From a virus (lineage: Duplodnaviria > Caudoviricetes), in IMG/VR virus record IMGVR_UViG_3300012665_000267, positions 1-34,014 of that record: DNA of 34,014 bases, one strand, 5' to 3'. The notes beneath the pieces are model-generated. The model had not been told where the DNA came from. It worked only from the letters and a program-made list of their open reading frames with translations, and did not search any database. Shown here piece by piece: positions 1 through 10,115 of this stretch. The translations under genes and the position numbers were made by a program. Every line of letters starts with the position of its first letter. Within the stretch, counting starts at the first letter, position 1.

Positions 1-2
1 CT

Positions 3-1424
3 CTTCTGTACGCTGGCGAGATTCCAAAGTTTGACGTATCACGAGTTCGTCCTGCCGGAGCAAGACTTAAAACTTTCGGTGGAAGAGCATCTGGACCCGG
101 ACCTTTGGAAGAACTTTATAAGTTTTGCGTTATCAAGTTCAAAGGAGCAGTTGGTCGTCGTCTCAATTCCCTTGAGTGCCATGATATTCTGTGCAAAATC
201 GGGGAAGTTGTTGTTGTGGGTGGAGTCAGACGGAGTGCAATGATTTCTTTGTCTGATTTGTCAGACGATAAGATGGCTCATGCTAAAGCAGGTGCATGGT
301 GGGATGGTCAAGGACAACGAGCATTGGCAAACAACTCTGCATCGTACCTAGAAACACCATCTATTGGTCAATTTATCCGTGAGTGGTCGTCTATCTATGA
401 ATCACACTCTGGTGAGCGAGGAATCTTTAATCGTGAAGCAAGTCAAAAACAAGCAGCAAAGAACGGACGTCGTGACGCAACTTATGCTTTCGGTACTAAC
501 CCTTGTAGCGAAATCATTTTACGTCCTTATCAATTCTGCAACCTATCTAGCTGTATTATTCGCAGCGACGATGATATTGACTCCATCAGCAATAAGATTC
601 GTTTGGCTACGATTCTTGGCACTTTTCAAGCCTCGTTAACAGACTTCCCTTACTTGCGTAAGATTTGGCAGAAGAATACCGAAGAAGAAGCACTCTTAGG
701 TGTGTCTATGACTGGTATTTGCGATAACACTTTGTTAAACAATCCTGATGACGAATCATTACCTGCTCGATTGGAGGCTCTCCGTGACCTTGCTGTATCT
801 ACTAATGCTTTCTACGCTTCCGCTATTGGCATTAACCAGTCCGTTGCGGTTACAGCCGTTAAGCCTGAAGGTACTGTATCTCAGTTGTGTAGCACTGCTA
901 GTGGTATCCATCCTCAGCATAGTAAGTACTATATTCGCCGTGTCAGAGCTGATAACAAAGACCCTTTAACACAGTTCATGATTCAAGCTGGTTTCGTTGC
1001 AGAGTCTTGTGTGATGAAGCCTGAGTCAACAACAGTATTTAGTTTTCCTGTTGCTGTAGCTGATGGTGCTTTGTTGCGTGAGGATTTGACTGCGATTCAA
1101 CACTTGAAGTTGTGGTTGATATTTCAGCGTCACTACTGTGAGCATAAGCCTTCAGTAACTATCTCTGTGTTAGAGAAAGAGTGGATGGAAGTAGGGGCTT
1201 GGACATTCAAACACTTCGATGAGGTAACTGGTGTGTCTTTCTTACCGATGGATGGTGGGACATACAAGCAAGCACCTTATGAAGAGTGTGACGAAGAGAC
1301 TTACAACCGATTGAAGTCATTAGTTCCTACTACAGTAGATTGGGAGAACTTCAAAGAGTATGACGATAATGTCGAAGGTGCTCAGATGTTGAGCTGCACC
1401 GCTGCTGGAGGTTGCTCTATATGA
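3..1424 (+). CDS. nrdJ: Class II (adenosylcobalamin-dependent, monomeric RTPR-type) ribonucleotide reductase, 5'-truncated by the window edge
   Basis: The frame is open from nt 3 (LLYAGEIPKFDVSRVRPAGARLKTFGGRASGP). Motifs: GGVRRSAMISL, NPCSEI (thiyl Cys), VKPEGTVS, EHKPSVT and a C-terminal CxxxxxC redox pair. Confidence 0.93.
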   Translation, partial: LLYAGEIPKFDVSRVRPAGARLKTFGGRASGPGPLEELYKFCVIKFKGAVGRRLNSLECHDILCKIGEVVVVGGVRRSAMISLSDLSDDKMAHAKAGAWWDGQGQRALANNSASYLETPSIGQFIREWSSIYESHSGERGIFNREASQKQAAKNGRRDATYAFGTNPCSEIILRPYQFCNLSSCIIRSDDDIDSISNKIRLATILGTFQASLTDFPYLRKIWQKNTEEEALLGVSMTGICDNTLLNNPDDESLPARLEALRDLAVSTNAFYASAIGINQSVAVTAVKPEGTVSQLCSTASGIHPQHSKYYIRRVRADNKDPLTQFMIQAGFVAESCVMKPESTTVFSFPVAVADGALLREDLTAIQHLKLWLIFQRHYCEHKPSVTISVLEKEWMEVGAWTFKHFDEVTGVSFLPMDGGTYKQAPYEECDEETYNRLKSLVPTTVDWENFKEYDDNVEGAQMLSCTAAGGCSI

Positions 1425-1621
1425 ACGAACTGCTTATCTTATTAGCTGGTTTATTTATTGGAGCAATAGGTACTTTGGGTGTTCTTCGTTTTTATAGGTG
1501 GCTTAACTCACTGAGACGAGAGGTTGAACATCTTTATGATAAACGAAGATACCTTATTCGAGAAAATGAATTAATGACTGAGTTCTTGTTTTGGAAAAAC
1601 GAGCAAAAGAAAGAAACTTAA
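1421..1621 (+). CDS. Small membrane protein (N-terminal TM helix)
   Basis: ATG at 1421 overlaps the nrdJ stop (ATGA). Hydrophobic LLILLAGLFIGAIGTLGVL is followed by basic residues. Confidence 0.7.
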   Translation: MNELLILLAGLFIGAIGTLGVLRFYRWLNSLRREVEHLYDKRRYLIRENELMTEFLFWKNEQKKET

Positions 1622-1646
1622 TTCCTTGTGTGTGGTAGTACTTGAC

Positions 1647-1672
1647 GGCGGCTCTTCGGAGCCGTCTTTTTT
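1647..1672 (+). terminator. Rho-independent terminator at the convergence of the two arms
   Basis: GGCGGCTC-TTCG-GAGCCGTC stem with a C(UUCG)G loop, followed by T6. Confidence 0.9.
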
Positions 1673-1702
1673 ATTGTAAAGTTAAAACAAAAGATTGTAA
1701 AG

Positions 1703-2179
1703 TTATGACAAGAACAAAGCTCTTTCGTCATTGCGACGATTGACTAATCCCTTTAAAACTTTACCACCACCTATTGTGTACTTGAGAAACTCTTCCGCAG
1801 CGCCGTCCATGTCTCCACGAAGAACCTTCTGACGGAGGGTTGAACGCTGTAGTGTCCCAAGACCCACATTAAAGCTAAAGCTGACAAGAGCGTCGAACTG
1901 CCCTTGTGTAAGAGTAACAGGACAGTATCGCTCGACACCACGCTCAAAGTTAGCCAAATCTCGTTTAAGAATGTCATCTACTTCTCCCATCGTTATTGTC
2001 CTATTCCAACCATCAGGGATAGGTAACGCTTTACGCTCTGCTAACGGTACTCTTGCGTGATTGGGGTCAATAACATGACCAACACCAATAGTCCACAGAA
2101 GAGCAGGACATTGATAAGGCTTAGTCCTAACACCTTCATGGTGACGAATAACTTCGAGAGCCTTGTCACTTACTTTCAT
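1703..2179 (-). CDS. Endolysin, GH24 phage lysozyme
   Basis: E-x8-C-x5-T triad (HEGVRTKPYQCPALLWTIGVGH), plus QFDALVSFSFNVG and GLVNRRNDERALF. Confidence 0.95.
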   Translation of the reverse strand: MKVSDKALEVIRHHEGVRTKPYQCPALLWTIGVGHVIDPNHARVPLAERKALPIPDGWNRTITMGEVDDILKRDLANFERGVERYCPVTLTQGQFDALVSFSFNVGLGTLQRSTLRQKVLRGDMDGAAEEFLKYTIGGGKVLKGLVNRRNDERALFLS

Positions 2180-2661
2180 TTCTTAGAGAAAGCCTGTGTA
2201 CCGAACCAGAAAGCGATAATAGAAGCTAGAATCTGCATTTCATCAGCATCGAACACCATTGGAATAGCTTCAACAAAGGAAGTGCCAGACGACCAAGCCC
2301 ACGCAATAGAAGCAATGTCTACTACAATCAAGAGCAGTACGAATAAATAGGTTACAGCAGGTCTTACAGAGGCTCTGAGGTTGATTACCCACTGACTAGC
2401 ACCCTGACCTATAGCGATGTCGTGTGCGTACATTGCAGAGCGTTCCTGAGCCTGTGTCTCCATCTGAATCTGCTCTGTTCTAATCTCTTCTACCCTAGCT
2501 TGTGCAGCGTAGCCACGCTCAAGCATCTGTAGTTCTCTTTCAGTCTGCATACGAGCCATTTCTAGCTCATGTGACTTATCAGACTTGTCTTGGAAGAAGT
2601 CCATCAGTTTAGGCAAACCACCCATCAAGAACGATAAGGCAGTTGAAATTAGTGTTAGCAT
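2176..2661 (-). CDS. Putative holin (3TM holin-like)
   Basis: Directly upstream of and overlapping the lysozyme. Contains WVINLRASVRP, two or three TM segments and a C-terminal FWFG motif typical of 3TM holins. Confidence 0.75.
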   Translation of the reverse strand: MLTLISTALSFLMGGLPKLMDFFQDKSDKSHELEMARMQTERELQMLERGYAAQARVEEIRTEQIQMETQAQERSAMYAHDIAIGQGASQWVINLRASVRPAVTYLFVLLLIVVDIASIAWAWSSGTSFVEAIPMVFDADEMQILASIIAFWFGTQAFSKK

Positions 2662-3110
2662 TACTTGTCTCCCCAGACTATAAAATAAGCAATTACTGCA
2701 GCAACTAAAAAGCAGTACATCTGTACTCTCTTGACTGCTTTCATATCATGCTGATATTGTTCTTTATTTTGTTGTTCCATTTTTTCTATATCTAGCTTAA
2801 TTTTAAGTAAGGCTTCCCACTCTTTAGCACCGTGCTTTTTAATAAAGTCTATCTTTAACTTTGCTTCGTGGTCGCTAATTTGTTTCTTGCGATTCCAGTC
2901 GTTTAGTGCTTTGATTAAAGCAGTTTCTTTCTTAAACTCTGCTTCTCTAGCTGCTCTACGTCTTTCTGTGGCTTGACGCTGTGCTACGTCTGCTGCGTCT
3001 TGTTGGATACCTTCAATACTTTTAGACAGTTTGTTAGCAGCCTCTCGACTACTATCAAGACTACCGCTAAGGGCTTTTGCTCCTTCGGAGATTCCGTATG
3101 GGTCTGACAT
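2661..3110 (-). CDS. Coiled-coil protein with C-terminal membrane anchor (lysis-module associated)
   Basis: 149 aa, charged helical body, C-terminal FLVAAVIAYFIVWG. TAATG coupling to the holin. Confidence 0.7.
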   Translation of the reverse strand: MSDPYGISEGAKALSGSLDSSREAANKLSKSIEGIQQDAADVAQRQATERRRAAREAEFKKETALIKALNDWNRKKQISDHEAKLKIDFIKKHGAKEWEALLKIKLDIEKMEQQNKEQYQHDMKAVKRVQMYCFLVAAVIAYFIVWGDK

Positions 3111-3140
3111 AGTTATTCATCGTGTGTATAGTGTGTATAA

Positions 3141-5282
3141 TTATTGGTTCTTAAACTCTTCATAACGCTTCATCAGTTCTTCGTTAGACAATTGCTCAAC
3201 GCTAACTTCTGGTGCAGGGTTATTGATTGCTTCGTTGCTCGGTTGTTCAACAGACAACATTGGTGCGCCTCTAACAGCGCTAATACCGCCGACTTTAAGA
3301 ATTGATTTTGTAGCGTTTAAGATTTTTTCAGTTGTTGTTTTCTTTTTAACCAAATCTAATAAAGCAGCTTTAGAGTCTGGATTAAATAAAATTTCTGAAA
3401 ACGATGCTGGGTTGTTGATAACATCTCGAACAGCGTCAAACAAACCTTTACTTGCGTTAGCTGCTTGAGTGCTTCCACCAACTGCTTTAGTCCCCATGTA
3501 TGCAGCACCACCAGCAACACCGCTAGGTGCGCCAGCTCCTTCATTTTGAACTACTTTACTCATATACTTCATAATAAGAAGAGCATCATTCTTGTCTGCT
3601 TTCTTTGGAAATAAGAAATCAAACTCTCCATCTTTTTTACCAAGCTCAGATAACGCTGTTTGAATATTAAAATCAGGAGCGTTTTCAGCAGCACCGGGAA
3701 TACGAGACTTAGTTAAAACTTCGTCAAACTTAGCTTTACGAATAGTGTCTAATATTTGTGATGCGGCTGGATTGTTTTTAAGAACTTCTAACAACACAGC
3801 TCTCTGTGATGGAGGAGCGTTTTTAAGTTTAGTAAGGACGTTCTCAGGAACTAAATCAGTTGCTCGTTCAACATCAAATGCTTTTACTAAAGGACGCTCT
3901 GAAAATTCGTCAATTTTTTGAATGTTTGCTGCAAATTTATCTCTTGCTCCTTTAAGCTGGTCTGCGCCGGGGACTCCGTCATTTATAGCGTTGTCTAAAG
4001 ATGTTTTAAATCCTTTTAAGACATCCAGTGCAATTCCTTTTGCTTGACCGGGTGCGACACCTTCAAAAATGTTACCCTTACCAAAGTCAGCGGTTCCTGT
4101 GTAGGCTGCTTGACCCCAAGCTGAAAGATTCTTCTGAAGCCTGTCAATATCTATTCTTTGAGCCTGTGCAGGTCTTCCCGGAGTGACAGTAACTGACGCA
4201 GGTGCGCCACTTGGACCAACAATGGTGCTTGGGACAGTTGTTTCCGGTACAGCAGGAATAGCATATTCTTCAATAATTTTAGACAGTGAATTTCTTAGTC
4301 CGTCCATTCCCGGTATTTCTCTATCAATTCCGTTTAGACGCTGTTGTACTGTGTCAATAATAGGTGATGTGTCAACTGTTCCACCAGCTTTCTTAGCTGC
4401 GTTAAAATCCTTAGCAGCGTCAGAACGTAAAGTAGAAGACAACGCTTTACCGTAGTTTTGAAATGAAGTCACAACAGAGTTTGTAAGGTCTTCTGGATTC
4501 AGAGGTGTTTGAGCAGAGCGTTTAAATAGGTTATCTAAATATGATTCTGTGGACGCTGCTTGTACTTGTCTAAACGCAGGTGCATTTTCAGCACGAGGAG
4601 ATGCTTCTACACGAGATTCTACTGCTAGTTGGCGACGACTTCCTGTCAACTCTCCCGGAGTCATTGGACCAATGTTCAACAAACCTTTGGTTTCGCCGTA
4701 ACTTGGAAAATCACCAATTGGTTTACGTAGAATATCTCTACCAGACATAAACGCACCTTTACCAGCATACGGAGAGCCTTGCAATAACAACTGACCTACA
4801 GGAGAATCTGTAATCAAGGGAGCAGCAACACCAGTTGCACCAGCTACTGCAAACTCACCAGTTCCAGCACCTATTCTAGACGCAGTTGTTTTTCCGACAT
4901 TAAACAAGCCCGGAGCGCCAGCTAATGTCACCGCTGCCGCAGGAGCGCCAGCAGCAGCAAAGTTGTAAGGTGTTCTATATGGAGAAGTCTCTAAATCAAT
5001 TCCTGTTAAGTCTTTAATAGCCCCTAAAATTCTTTTTGGTTTTGCTGCTTCAGGGTCGTTACCAGCTTCTAAATAATTATAAAGAGTCTCCCACCCACCT
5101 AATAAATCAACAATTCCTTTAGAGCTGCCTTTAGCAATAGATTCAACTGTATTTTTAGCAACTTCAGAAAATTTAGTAGGTGTGTTGCTTAGAACAGAAG
5201 GCTCAGCATATCCTACAGGATTAAACTTTTTATATTTTTCCAGTATTTCTGCGTCGCTTAATTTACTTAAATCTTCAGACAT
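3141..5282 (-). CDS. Large internal virion/DNA ejection protein (putative)
   Basis: 713 aa, A/G-rich and helical. Third of three consecutive genes after the tail genes, as in podovirus ejection modules. Confidence 0.65.
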   Translation of the reverse strand: MSEDLSKLSDAEILEKYKKFNPVGYAEPSVLSNTPTKFSEVAKNTVESIAKGSSKGIVDLLGGWETLYNYLEAGNDPEAAKPKRILGAIKDLTGIDLETSPYRTPYNFAAAGAPAAAVTLAGAPGLFNVGKTTASRIGAGTGEFAVAGATGVAAPLITDSPVGQLLLQGSPYAGKGAFMSGRDILRKPIGDFPSYGETKGLLNIGPMTPGELTGSRRQLAVESRVEASPRAENAPAFRQVQAASTESYLDNLFKRSAQTPLNPEDLTNSVVTSFQNYGKALSSTLRSDAAKDFNAAKKAGGTVDTSPIIDTVQQRLNGIDREIPGMDGLRNSLSKIIEEYAIPAVPETTVPSTIVGPSGAPASVTVTPGRPAQAQRIDIDRLQKNLSAWGQAAYTGTADFGKGNIFEGVAPGQAKGIALDVLKGFKTSLDNAINDGVPGADQLKGARDKFAANIQKIDEFSERPLVKAFDVERATDLVPENVLTKLKNAPPSQRAVLLEVLKNNPAASQILDTIRKAKFDEVLTKSRIPGAAENAPDFNIQTALSELGKKDGEFDFLFPKKADKNDALLIMKYMSKVVQNEGAGAPSGVAGGAAYMGTKAVGGSTQAANASKGLFDAVRDVINNPASFSEILFNPDSKAALLDLVKKKTTTEKILNATKSILKVGGISAVRGAPMLSVEQPSNEAINNPAPEVSVEQLSNEELMKRYEEFKNQ

Positions 5283-5291
5283 TTTTAATCC

Positions 5292-6398
5292 TTAAATTAG
5301 GTTACGCTTTTTAGCTTCTGCTTCATACGGATTCGTTTGTTGTTGCGAACCTGCTGGTGCTAGGGTCTCTCGTGGTATTTTATATTCAAATCCACCTAAA
5401 CCACGATTAGCACGAGCGTATGATTCTAATCTTGTTGATTCGTCTGCAATTAACTGATTCTTATTACGCATATAAGTAATAAGTTGTCTACGAGCTTCTC
5501 CGCTTGTTTCCAACTGTGGAATAAGCGCTTCGATAAATTTACGGTCTTCGTTAGAGAAACCTGCACCAAGTTTACCACCAAGAGTTTGAAATATAACGTC
5601 TTTAGCAACCTTACCGTATTGTTGTGAAGATGCAATTCTTGAAACGTCTGCTTTTGATGCCAAGCCTAATGTGTTTAACAAGTTAGCTGCGCCGACTCGA
5701 CCCTCAGCAAATGTACCACTAATTAACTGTTGGTCATTTAACTGCTCTAATTTTTGTAAAGACTGCAACGTAGAAATTGCAGTGTCTCTAGTTTCCATTG
5801 CTTTTGTTACAACACCAGCATCGTTTTTACCAAGTTGTTTAACAAACTCAGACTCACCCGGTGGAAGATTAACAGTAGATGTTGCACGACTTGTAACAAC
5901 ACTTACAGGGTCTCCGACACGCTTAATAATTCTTCCGGTGGCTACATCTACCACCGCTTGTTGTTTCATGTCTGGCTGTCCTTCAACACCAATCCACTCT
6001 AGTTTATTACCCTCTGTTTCAACTTTTCTTGCATTTAAAGCTCTTGCTCCAGCAGAAGTGTCTATTTCGTCAGCACGTTTAGCAGCCATCATCGCTTCGT
6101 TAGGAGCAAAAGGCTGTAAGACACGAGCAAAATCTCTAATACCTGCAGAAGTTGTTAAATCAAACTGTGAAGACAATTGTTTAATCTTAGAAACTTTTTC
6201 TAGTTCTGGGTCTCCGCCAAGTAAGCCCTGTACACCACGACCTAAGCCAGCACCGCCTTGATAGATAGACATTTTAGCTTGTTGTAATGGGTTAAGACTT
6301 GCATAACGAAAAGCATTAGCTGCGTCGGTTGCTTGACGCTGACGCATTAGTTGTTCTGGGTCAACTCCGAACAAACCACTTACAATATTCTCTGCCAT
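5292..6398 (-). CDS. Internal virion/ejection protein (putative)
   Basis: 368 aa, Q/A/G-rich. Called from position. Confidence 0.6.
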   Translation of the reverse strand: MAENIVSGLFGVDPEQLMRQRQATDAANAFRYASLNPLQQAKMSIYQGGAGLGRGVQGLLGGDPELEKVSKIKQLSSQFDLTTSAGIRDFARVLQPFAPNEAMMAAKRADEIDTSAGARALNARKVETEGNKLEWIGVEGQPDMKQQAVVDVATGRIIKRVGDPVSVVTSRATSTVNLPPGESEFVKQLGKNDAGVVTKAMETRDTAISTLQSLQKLEQLNDQQLISGTFAEGRVGAANLLNTLGLASKADVSRIASSQQYGKVAKDVIFQTLGGKLGAGFSNEDRKFIEALIPQLETSGEARRQLITYMRNKNQLIADESTRLESYARANRGLGGFEYKIPRETLAPAGSQQQTNPYEAEAKKRNLI

Positions 6399-6400
6399 GA

Positions 6401-7441
6401 TTAAAAGAATCCTTTATCTTGTGCTGCCAACATACTTGTTTGTTGTGAACCTGCATTAGTTCCGTAGCGTGATGCAGTAGATTGATTTCCAAAAAGATTG
6501 TCAAACCAACTTCCTGTGCCACCAAAACTTCCACCACCGCCACCGCTAATAGCAGAACCAGCTCCACTAAGAGCTGTACCCATTGGGCTGTAGCCTTGAT
6601 ATTGACTGTAAGCGTTTGCAGCAGCTTCTTGTGGATTGAGATATAACTGACCTGCTCTTGCACCAGCAGTTGCGTATTGGTCAGCTAAGGAAGTACTCAG
6701 TCTGAATGGGTCTTGTCCCATTGTTTCTGTTGTTCTTAATAAACCTAACTGAGCTTCTAATGGACCGTAACCAGAAGTTGTAAGTTTTGGAACTTGTCCA
6801 AGTAATTCGCTACCTGTGCCAAATAGACCAATACCAAACTTGGCTCTATCCATAGCAGCTTGGTCTGCTTGTGCTGCAAGTTGTAAGTCTTGTTGACCAA
6901 TTTGATTAAAATAGGCTTGTGCTAAAGGATTTGCAGGAGCCGAACCAGTGCCTGTATTAACACCAAGACCACCAGTGCCTCTAGCAAAGTTAGTTGTGTT
7001 TAATCTGTTAAACGCAACATCACGACTAGGTGCTAACAGTGCTTGTTGGTCGCTAATGTATTTCTGTGCAACCTCTGTAGGGTCTTGACCTAAATAGTAT
7101 TGTCCTCTATTAAATGCGTTAGAAGCACCACTATATAAAGGCTCAGCAGCAGACGCTACTCTTGTTGGGTCGTAGCCGCCTGACTGTGCAAACAACCTAT
7201 CTTGAATAAGCTGTAACTCAGGAGAAAGCTGATAACCACCTTTTCCGTCGTCTGAGAACGTAGACGTACCAAACCGAGTAGTCATTCCCATCGGCTTGAA
7301 TTGAGCCATTCCTGACGCTTTATCAGCAGCAGCTCGCAACGCTTCAGCATTTCCTTTAGCGGCATCAGCGGCTTTAGAGCCTGAAATTAATCCGCCACCA
7401 ATTGACAGTATTGGTCCTGCTATTGCAGCTAATCCACCCAT
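6401..7441 (-). CDS. Internal virion/ejection (pilot-like) protein (putative)
   Basis: 346 aa G/A/Q-rich, hydrophobic Gly-rich N-terminus (MGGLAAIAGPILSIGGGLISG), typical of the first ejection protein. Confidence 0.65.
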   Translation of the reverse strand: MGGLAAIAGPILSIGGGLISGSKAADAAKGNAEALRAAADKASGMAQFKPMGMTTRFGTSTFSDDGKGGYQLSPELQLIQDRLFAQSGGYDPTRVASAAEPLYSGASNAFNRGQYYLGQDPTEVAQKYISDQQALLAPSRDVAFNRLNTTNFARGTGGLGVNTGTGSAPANPLAQAYFNQIGQQDLQLAAQADQAAMDRAKFGIGLFGTGSELLGQVPKLTTSGYGPLEAQLGLLRTTETMGQDPFRLSTSLADQYATAGARAGQLYLNPQEAAANAYSQYQGYSPMGTALSGAGSAISGGGGGSFGGTGSWFDNLFGNQSTASRYGTNAGSQQTSMLAAQDKGFF

Positions 7442-7734
7442 TATAGACTCCTACTATATATGTGATACATTTTATTATCCTGACCTAAAGAAGGCTGTGT
7501 AAACGTAAAGCCTATTGTTTTACTAAACTTCACTAACTTAGTATTTGTTTCTTCTATTAAAGCAACTAAAGGAACAGAGACTAAGTGTTGTAATAAATTT
7601 AAATCTTCTAAATACTTTACTTTTACTTCTGGTGTCCATTTACGGACATCTGTGTGAAACCAAATTAAGTTGTCATGTAACTCTAACAACATGGTATAGT
7701 CTTCACGAATGACGACTGGAACCTTAAAGTTCAT
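7441..7734 (-). CDS. Small GNAT-like tail assembly/virion protein (positional analogue of P22 gp14/T7 gp13)
   Basis: 97 aa between tail and ejection genes. N..LVKFSKTIGF resembles the GNAT C-terminal motif. Confidence 0.5.
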   Translation of the reverse strand: MNFKVPVVIREDYTMLLELHDNLIWFHTDVRKWTPEVKVKYLEDLNLLQHLVSVPLVALIEETNTKLVKFSKTIGFTFTQPSLGQDNKMYHIYSRSL

Positions 7735-8486
7735 TAAGAAATACGAACAGCTAATCCAAATTGATTATTAACTGCGTTTGTTCCATTACTTCCTGCCATC
7801 CATCTCCATGTACCTGTTAAGTTGTTTGTTAATACATAGTTAAAAGAACCAGCAGCGGGTTGGTTAGAAATAATAGCTGATTGAACTTGATTAGCGCCTG
7901 TACCTGCAGTATATTCTCCGTTAAACACAGGAACACTGCTACTTCCATTTGCGTTGAAGTAAACAAAACAATAACTGCCAATAGCGCCAGCAGCAGGTAT
8001 AGTCGGAGCAGCAGATTCCCAAGCACTTCCAGTGGACTTTAGCACATTTCCAGATGTTCCCGGTGCAACATAGCCTAGTACGTCTGTACCAATAGCAACA
8101 CCTAAGTTTGTACGAGCATTAGCAGCGGTAGAAGCACCTGTACCGCCATCAGCAACAGCTAAATCAGTAATGCCAACAATAGTTCCACCAGTAATGTCCA
8201 CAGCACTCTTAGCTTGTGTGGCTATGTTACCAAGACCTTGTGCAGTAATCTCTTGCTTAACATAAGCAGTAGTAGCTAACTGAGTTGTATTAGAACCAGT
8301 TGTAGGAGTAGGTGCAGCAGGAGTGCCTGTAAAGGTTGGGCTATTAATGTTTGATTTAGATGCAATCGCTGAAGAAATAGCGGTTAATTCGGTATCAATC
8401 TCTGTGCCTTTAACAATCTTTCCAGCATTACCTGTTGGAAGACCGTCTTTAGCGGTGAAGTTGGTTGCTTTACTATAATCTGCCAT
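7734..8486 (-). CDS. Short tail fibre/tail spike-type protein
   Basis: Fibre motifs SPTFTGTPAAP, TTQLATTAYV and LAVADGGTGASTAANARTNLG, with a beta-rich C-terminus. Confidence 0.75.
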   Translation of the reverse strand: MADYSKATNFTAKDGLPTGNAGKIVKGTEIDTELTAISSAIASKSNINSPTFTGTPAAPTPTTGSNTTQLATTAYVKQEITAQGLGNIATQAKSAVDITGGTIVGITDLAVADGGTGASTAANARTNLGVAIGTDVLGYVAPGTSGNVLKSTGSAWESAAPTIPAAGAIGSYCFVYFNANGSSSVPVFNGEYTAGTGANQVQSAIISNQPAAGSFNYVLTNNLTGTWRWMAGSNGTNAVNNQFGLAVRIS

Positions 8487-8495
8487 ATCGTATCC

Positions 8496-10115
8496 TTAAA
8501 CTATTGTTTTACCTGCTTTAACCGCTACATCTATCTTCTGAATTGACATAGGGTTTCCATTGATGTCTGCCTCTAATCCTAGTTGCATAATTGTTCCTGA
8601 ACCACCAGCATTGACAGAGAATCTATCTAAGACAATACCTGAAGAGTATTCAGCAATATTGTATTCACCAATGCCGTATTCATAGACAACAGCGGTGTCT
8701 AGTTTGTATGTAGTAGCGTTATAGCTTTCAGTGTAGTCAAAACCCCACTTAACTGCCACAAACTGGTTTGTACCGCCAATAAGAACCCAACCAATCTTCT
8801 TTAAAATCTTTAGTTTTGTAGAAGCGTCAAAATCAAAGTAGTTCGTGTAATACTGTAAGCGATAACTTGAGCCATTATCTGAATGACCAAAATACTTACC
8901 AATGTAAGAAGGTTTACCAATTAATAGTTCTTTAGCTTGTGTCACACAGAAAGACTTAGGTTCTAAATTGTCCCAAATAGTTACTCTAGCTGAACCATCT
9001 TCTAGACGTGAGCGAGTATCAAAGCAATAAACAAACTTAGTAGTAGGTAAAGACAATAAATAAATAGCGTCTCTCTCGTGATAAACACTTTTAATCTTCC
9101 CTACATCAGCTTCAGAAAATACGTTAGCCATTAAGTCATCACGAACATTCTTAGAAACATCGTTCATTGGAAGCGATTTTTCTTGAATTACACGAGCTAA
9201 GCTACGCACACCTGAATTTGACAAAAAAAGTAAATCTGTGCCAATGTTTTGAACCGAATCTCTTGACAAACAACCAACATTATAAATAATGTCTTGTAAT
9301 ACTAACGCACCTGTATCAATTGGGTTAGCGTAGATAGCAATGTTGTTACGACCAAAGATAACTAAGAATCCATTATGTGCAGCGATAGCGACAATGTTAT
9401 CAGCGTTGGGGAATACTTCTTGTAGGTTTAAGTAACCTGCAGAACCTGTTGTAAAATCTGTACCACGCAACAAGTCACTAAAATAAACAGTCTGTGTGTC
9501 ACCAGTAATATTGCCTACCCAGATACGTCCATAAGCAGACAACGCAGCGTTAGGTTTAAAACTAGCAGTAGTGTGATTAGCAGGAAGTGTGCCAATATCG
9601 CCTACTTGTTGAAATCCAAAAGTACCACTATCGTGAGCGTGTCCTGAACCGCCTGATGTTGGTAGCTCATGCCATACCAACATTGGATGTGCAGCCTGTG
9701 CTAAATAAGCATGAGGCTGAAAGTCGTTTACATCGCCATAAGGCATCGCTACCATCTGCCAGTTGTTAGCAGTAATGGTATAACTAGCGTTAGCTGAGTT
9801 ATCAGCGTTACGAACTAGCTTCTGTGTTAATGTTGCACGACCAGTAAATAACTTATTGTTACCAGCAGAGATGATAGTGTTGTCACCACCATCAACTACT
9901 TCTATCATGGCTTCAATTGGATTAGAACCTAAGTCACTGTTGGTAGCGTTTAAAGGTGTCCAACCACGTCTTGCACCAATACGACCATATCTGTCAATAA
10001 CACAGTTCTGTGCTTTAAGTGCAAACCCAGAAGCTAGAGTAATACTCGATTCTTGGAGGTTTAGTCCATAGAACCCCGGAGCAGCAATTGAGGAAGTTTG
10101 TAGTTGTCCAGCCAT
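8496..10115 (-). CDS. Tail hub/nozzle (head-closure, P22 gp10/T7 gp12-like beta-propeller)
   Basis: About 539 aa, beta-rich (VGCLSRDSVQNIGTDLLFLSNSGVRSL). The likely start is ATG 10115, coupled to the upstream stop (TAATG). Confidence 0.75.
   Translation of the reverse strand: MAGQLQTSSIAAPGFYGLNLQESSITLASGFALKAQNCVIDRYGRIGARRGWTPLNATNSDLGSNPIEAMIEVVDGGDNTIISAGNNKLFTGRATLTQKLVRNADNSANASYTITANNWQMVAMPYGDVNDFQPHAYLAQAAHPMLVWHELPTSGGSGHAHDSGTFGFQQVGDIGTLPANHTTASFKPNAALSAYGRIWVGNITGDTQTVYFSDLLRGTDFTTGSAGYLNLQEVFPNADNIVAIAAHNGFLVIFGRNNIAIYANPIDTGALVLQDIIYNVGCLSRDSVQNIGTDLLFLSNSGVRSLARVIQEKSLPMNDVSKNVRDDLMANVFSEADVGKIKSVYHERDAIYLLSLPTTKFVYCFDTRSRLEDGSARVTIWDNLEPKSFCVTQAKELLIGKPSYIGKYFGHSDNGSSYRLQYYTNYFDFDASTKLKILKKIGWVLIGGTNQFVAVKWGFDYTESYNATTYKLDTAVVYEYGIGEYNIAEYSSGIVLDRFSVNAGGSGTIMQLGLEADINGNPMSIQKIDVAVKAGKTIV

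Noticed and set aside
3112-3140. GTGTGTATA tandem duplication in a short spacer
   Set aside because: Only two 9-nt copies and not noticed elsewhere; not interpretable.
5671-6261. 196-aa plus-strand ORF antisense to the ejection gene, and similar shadow ORFs elsewhere
   Set aside because: Fully overlaps a better-supported gene on the opposite strand and has no motifs.
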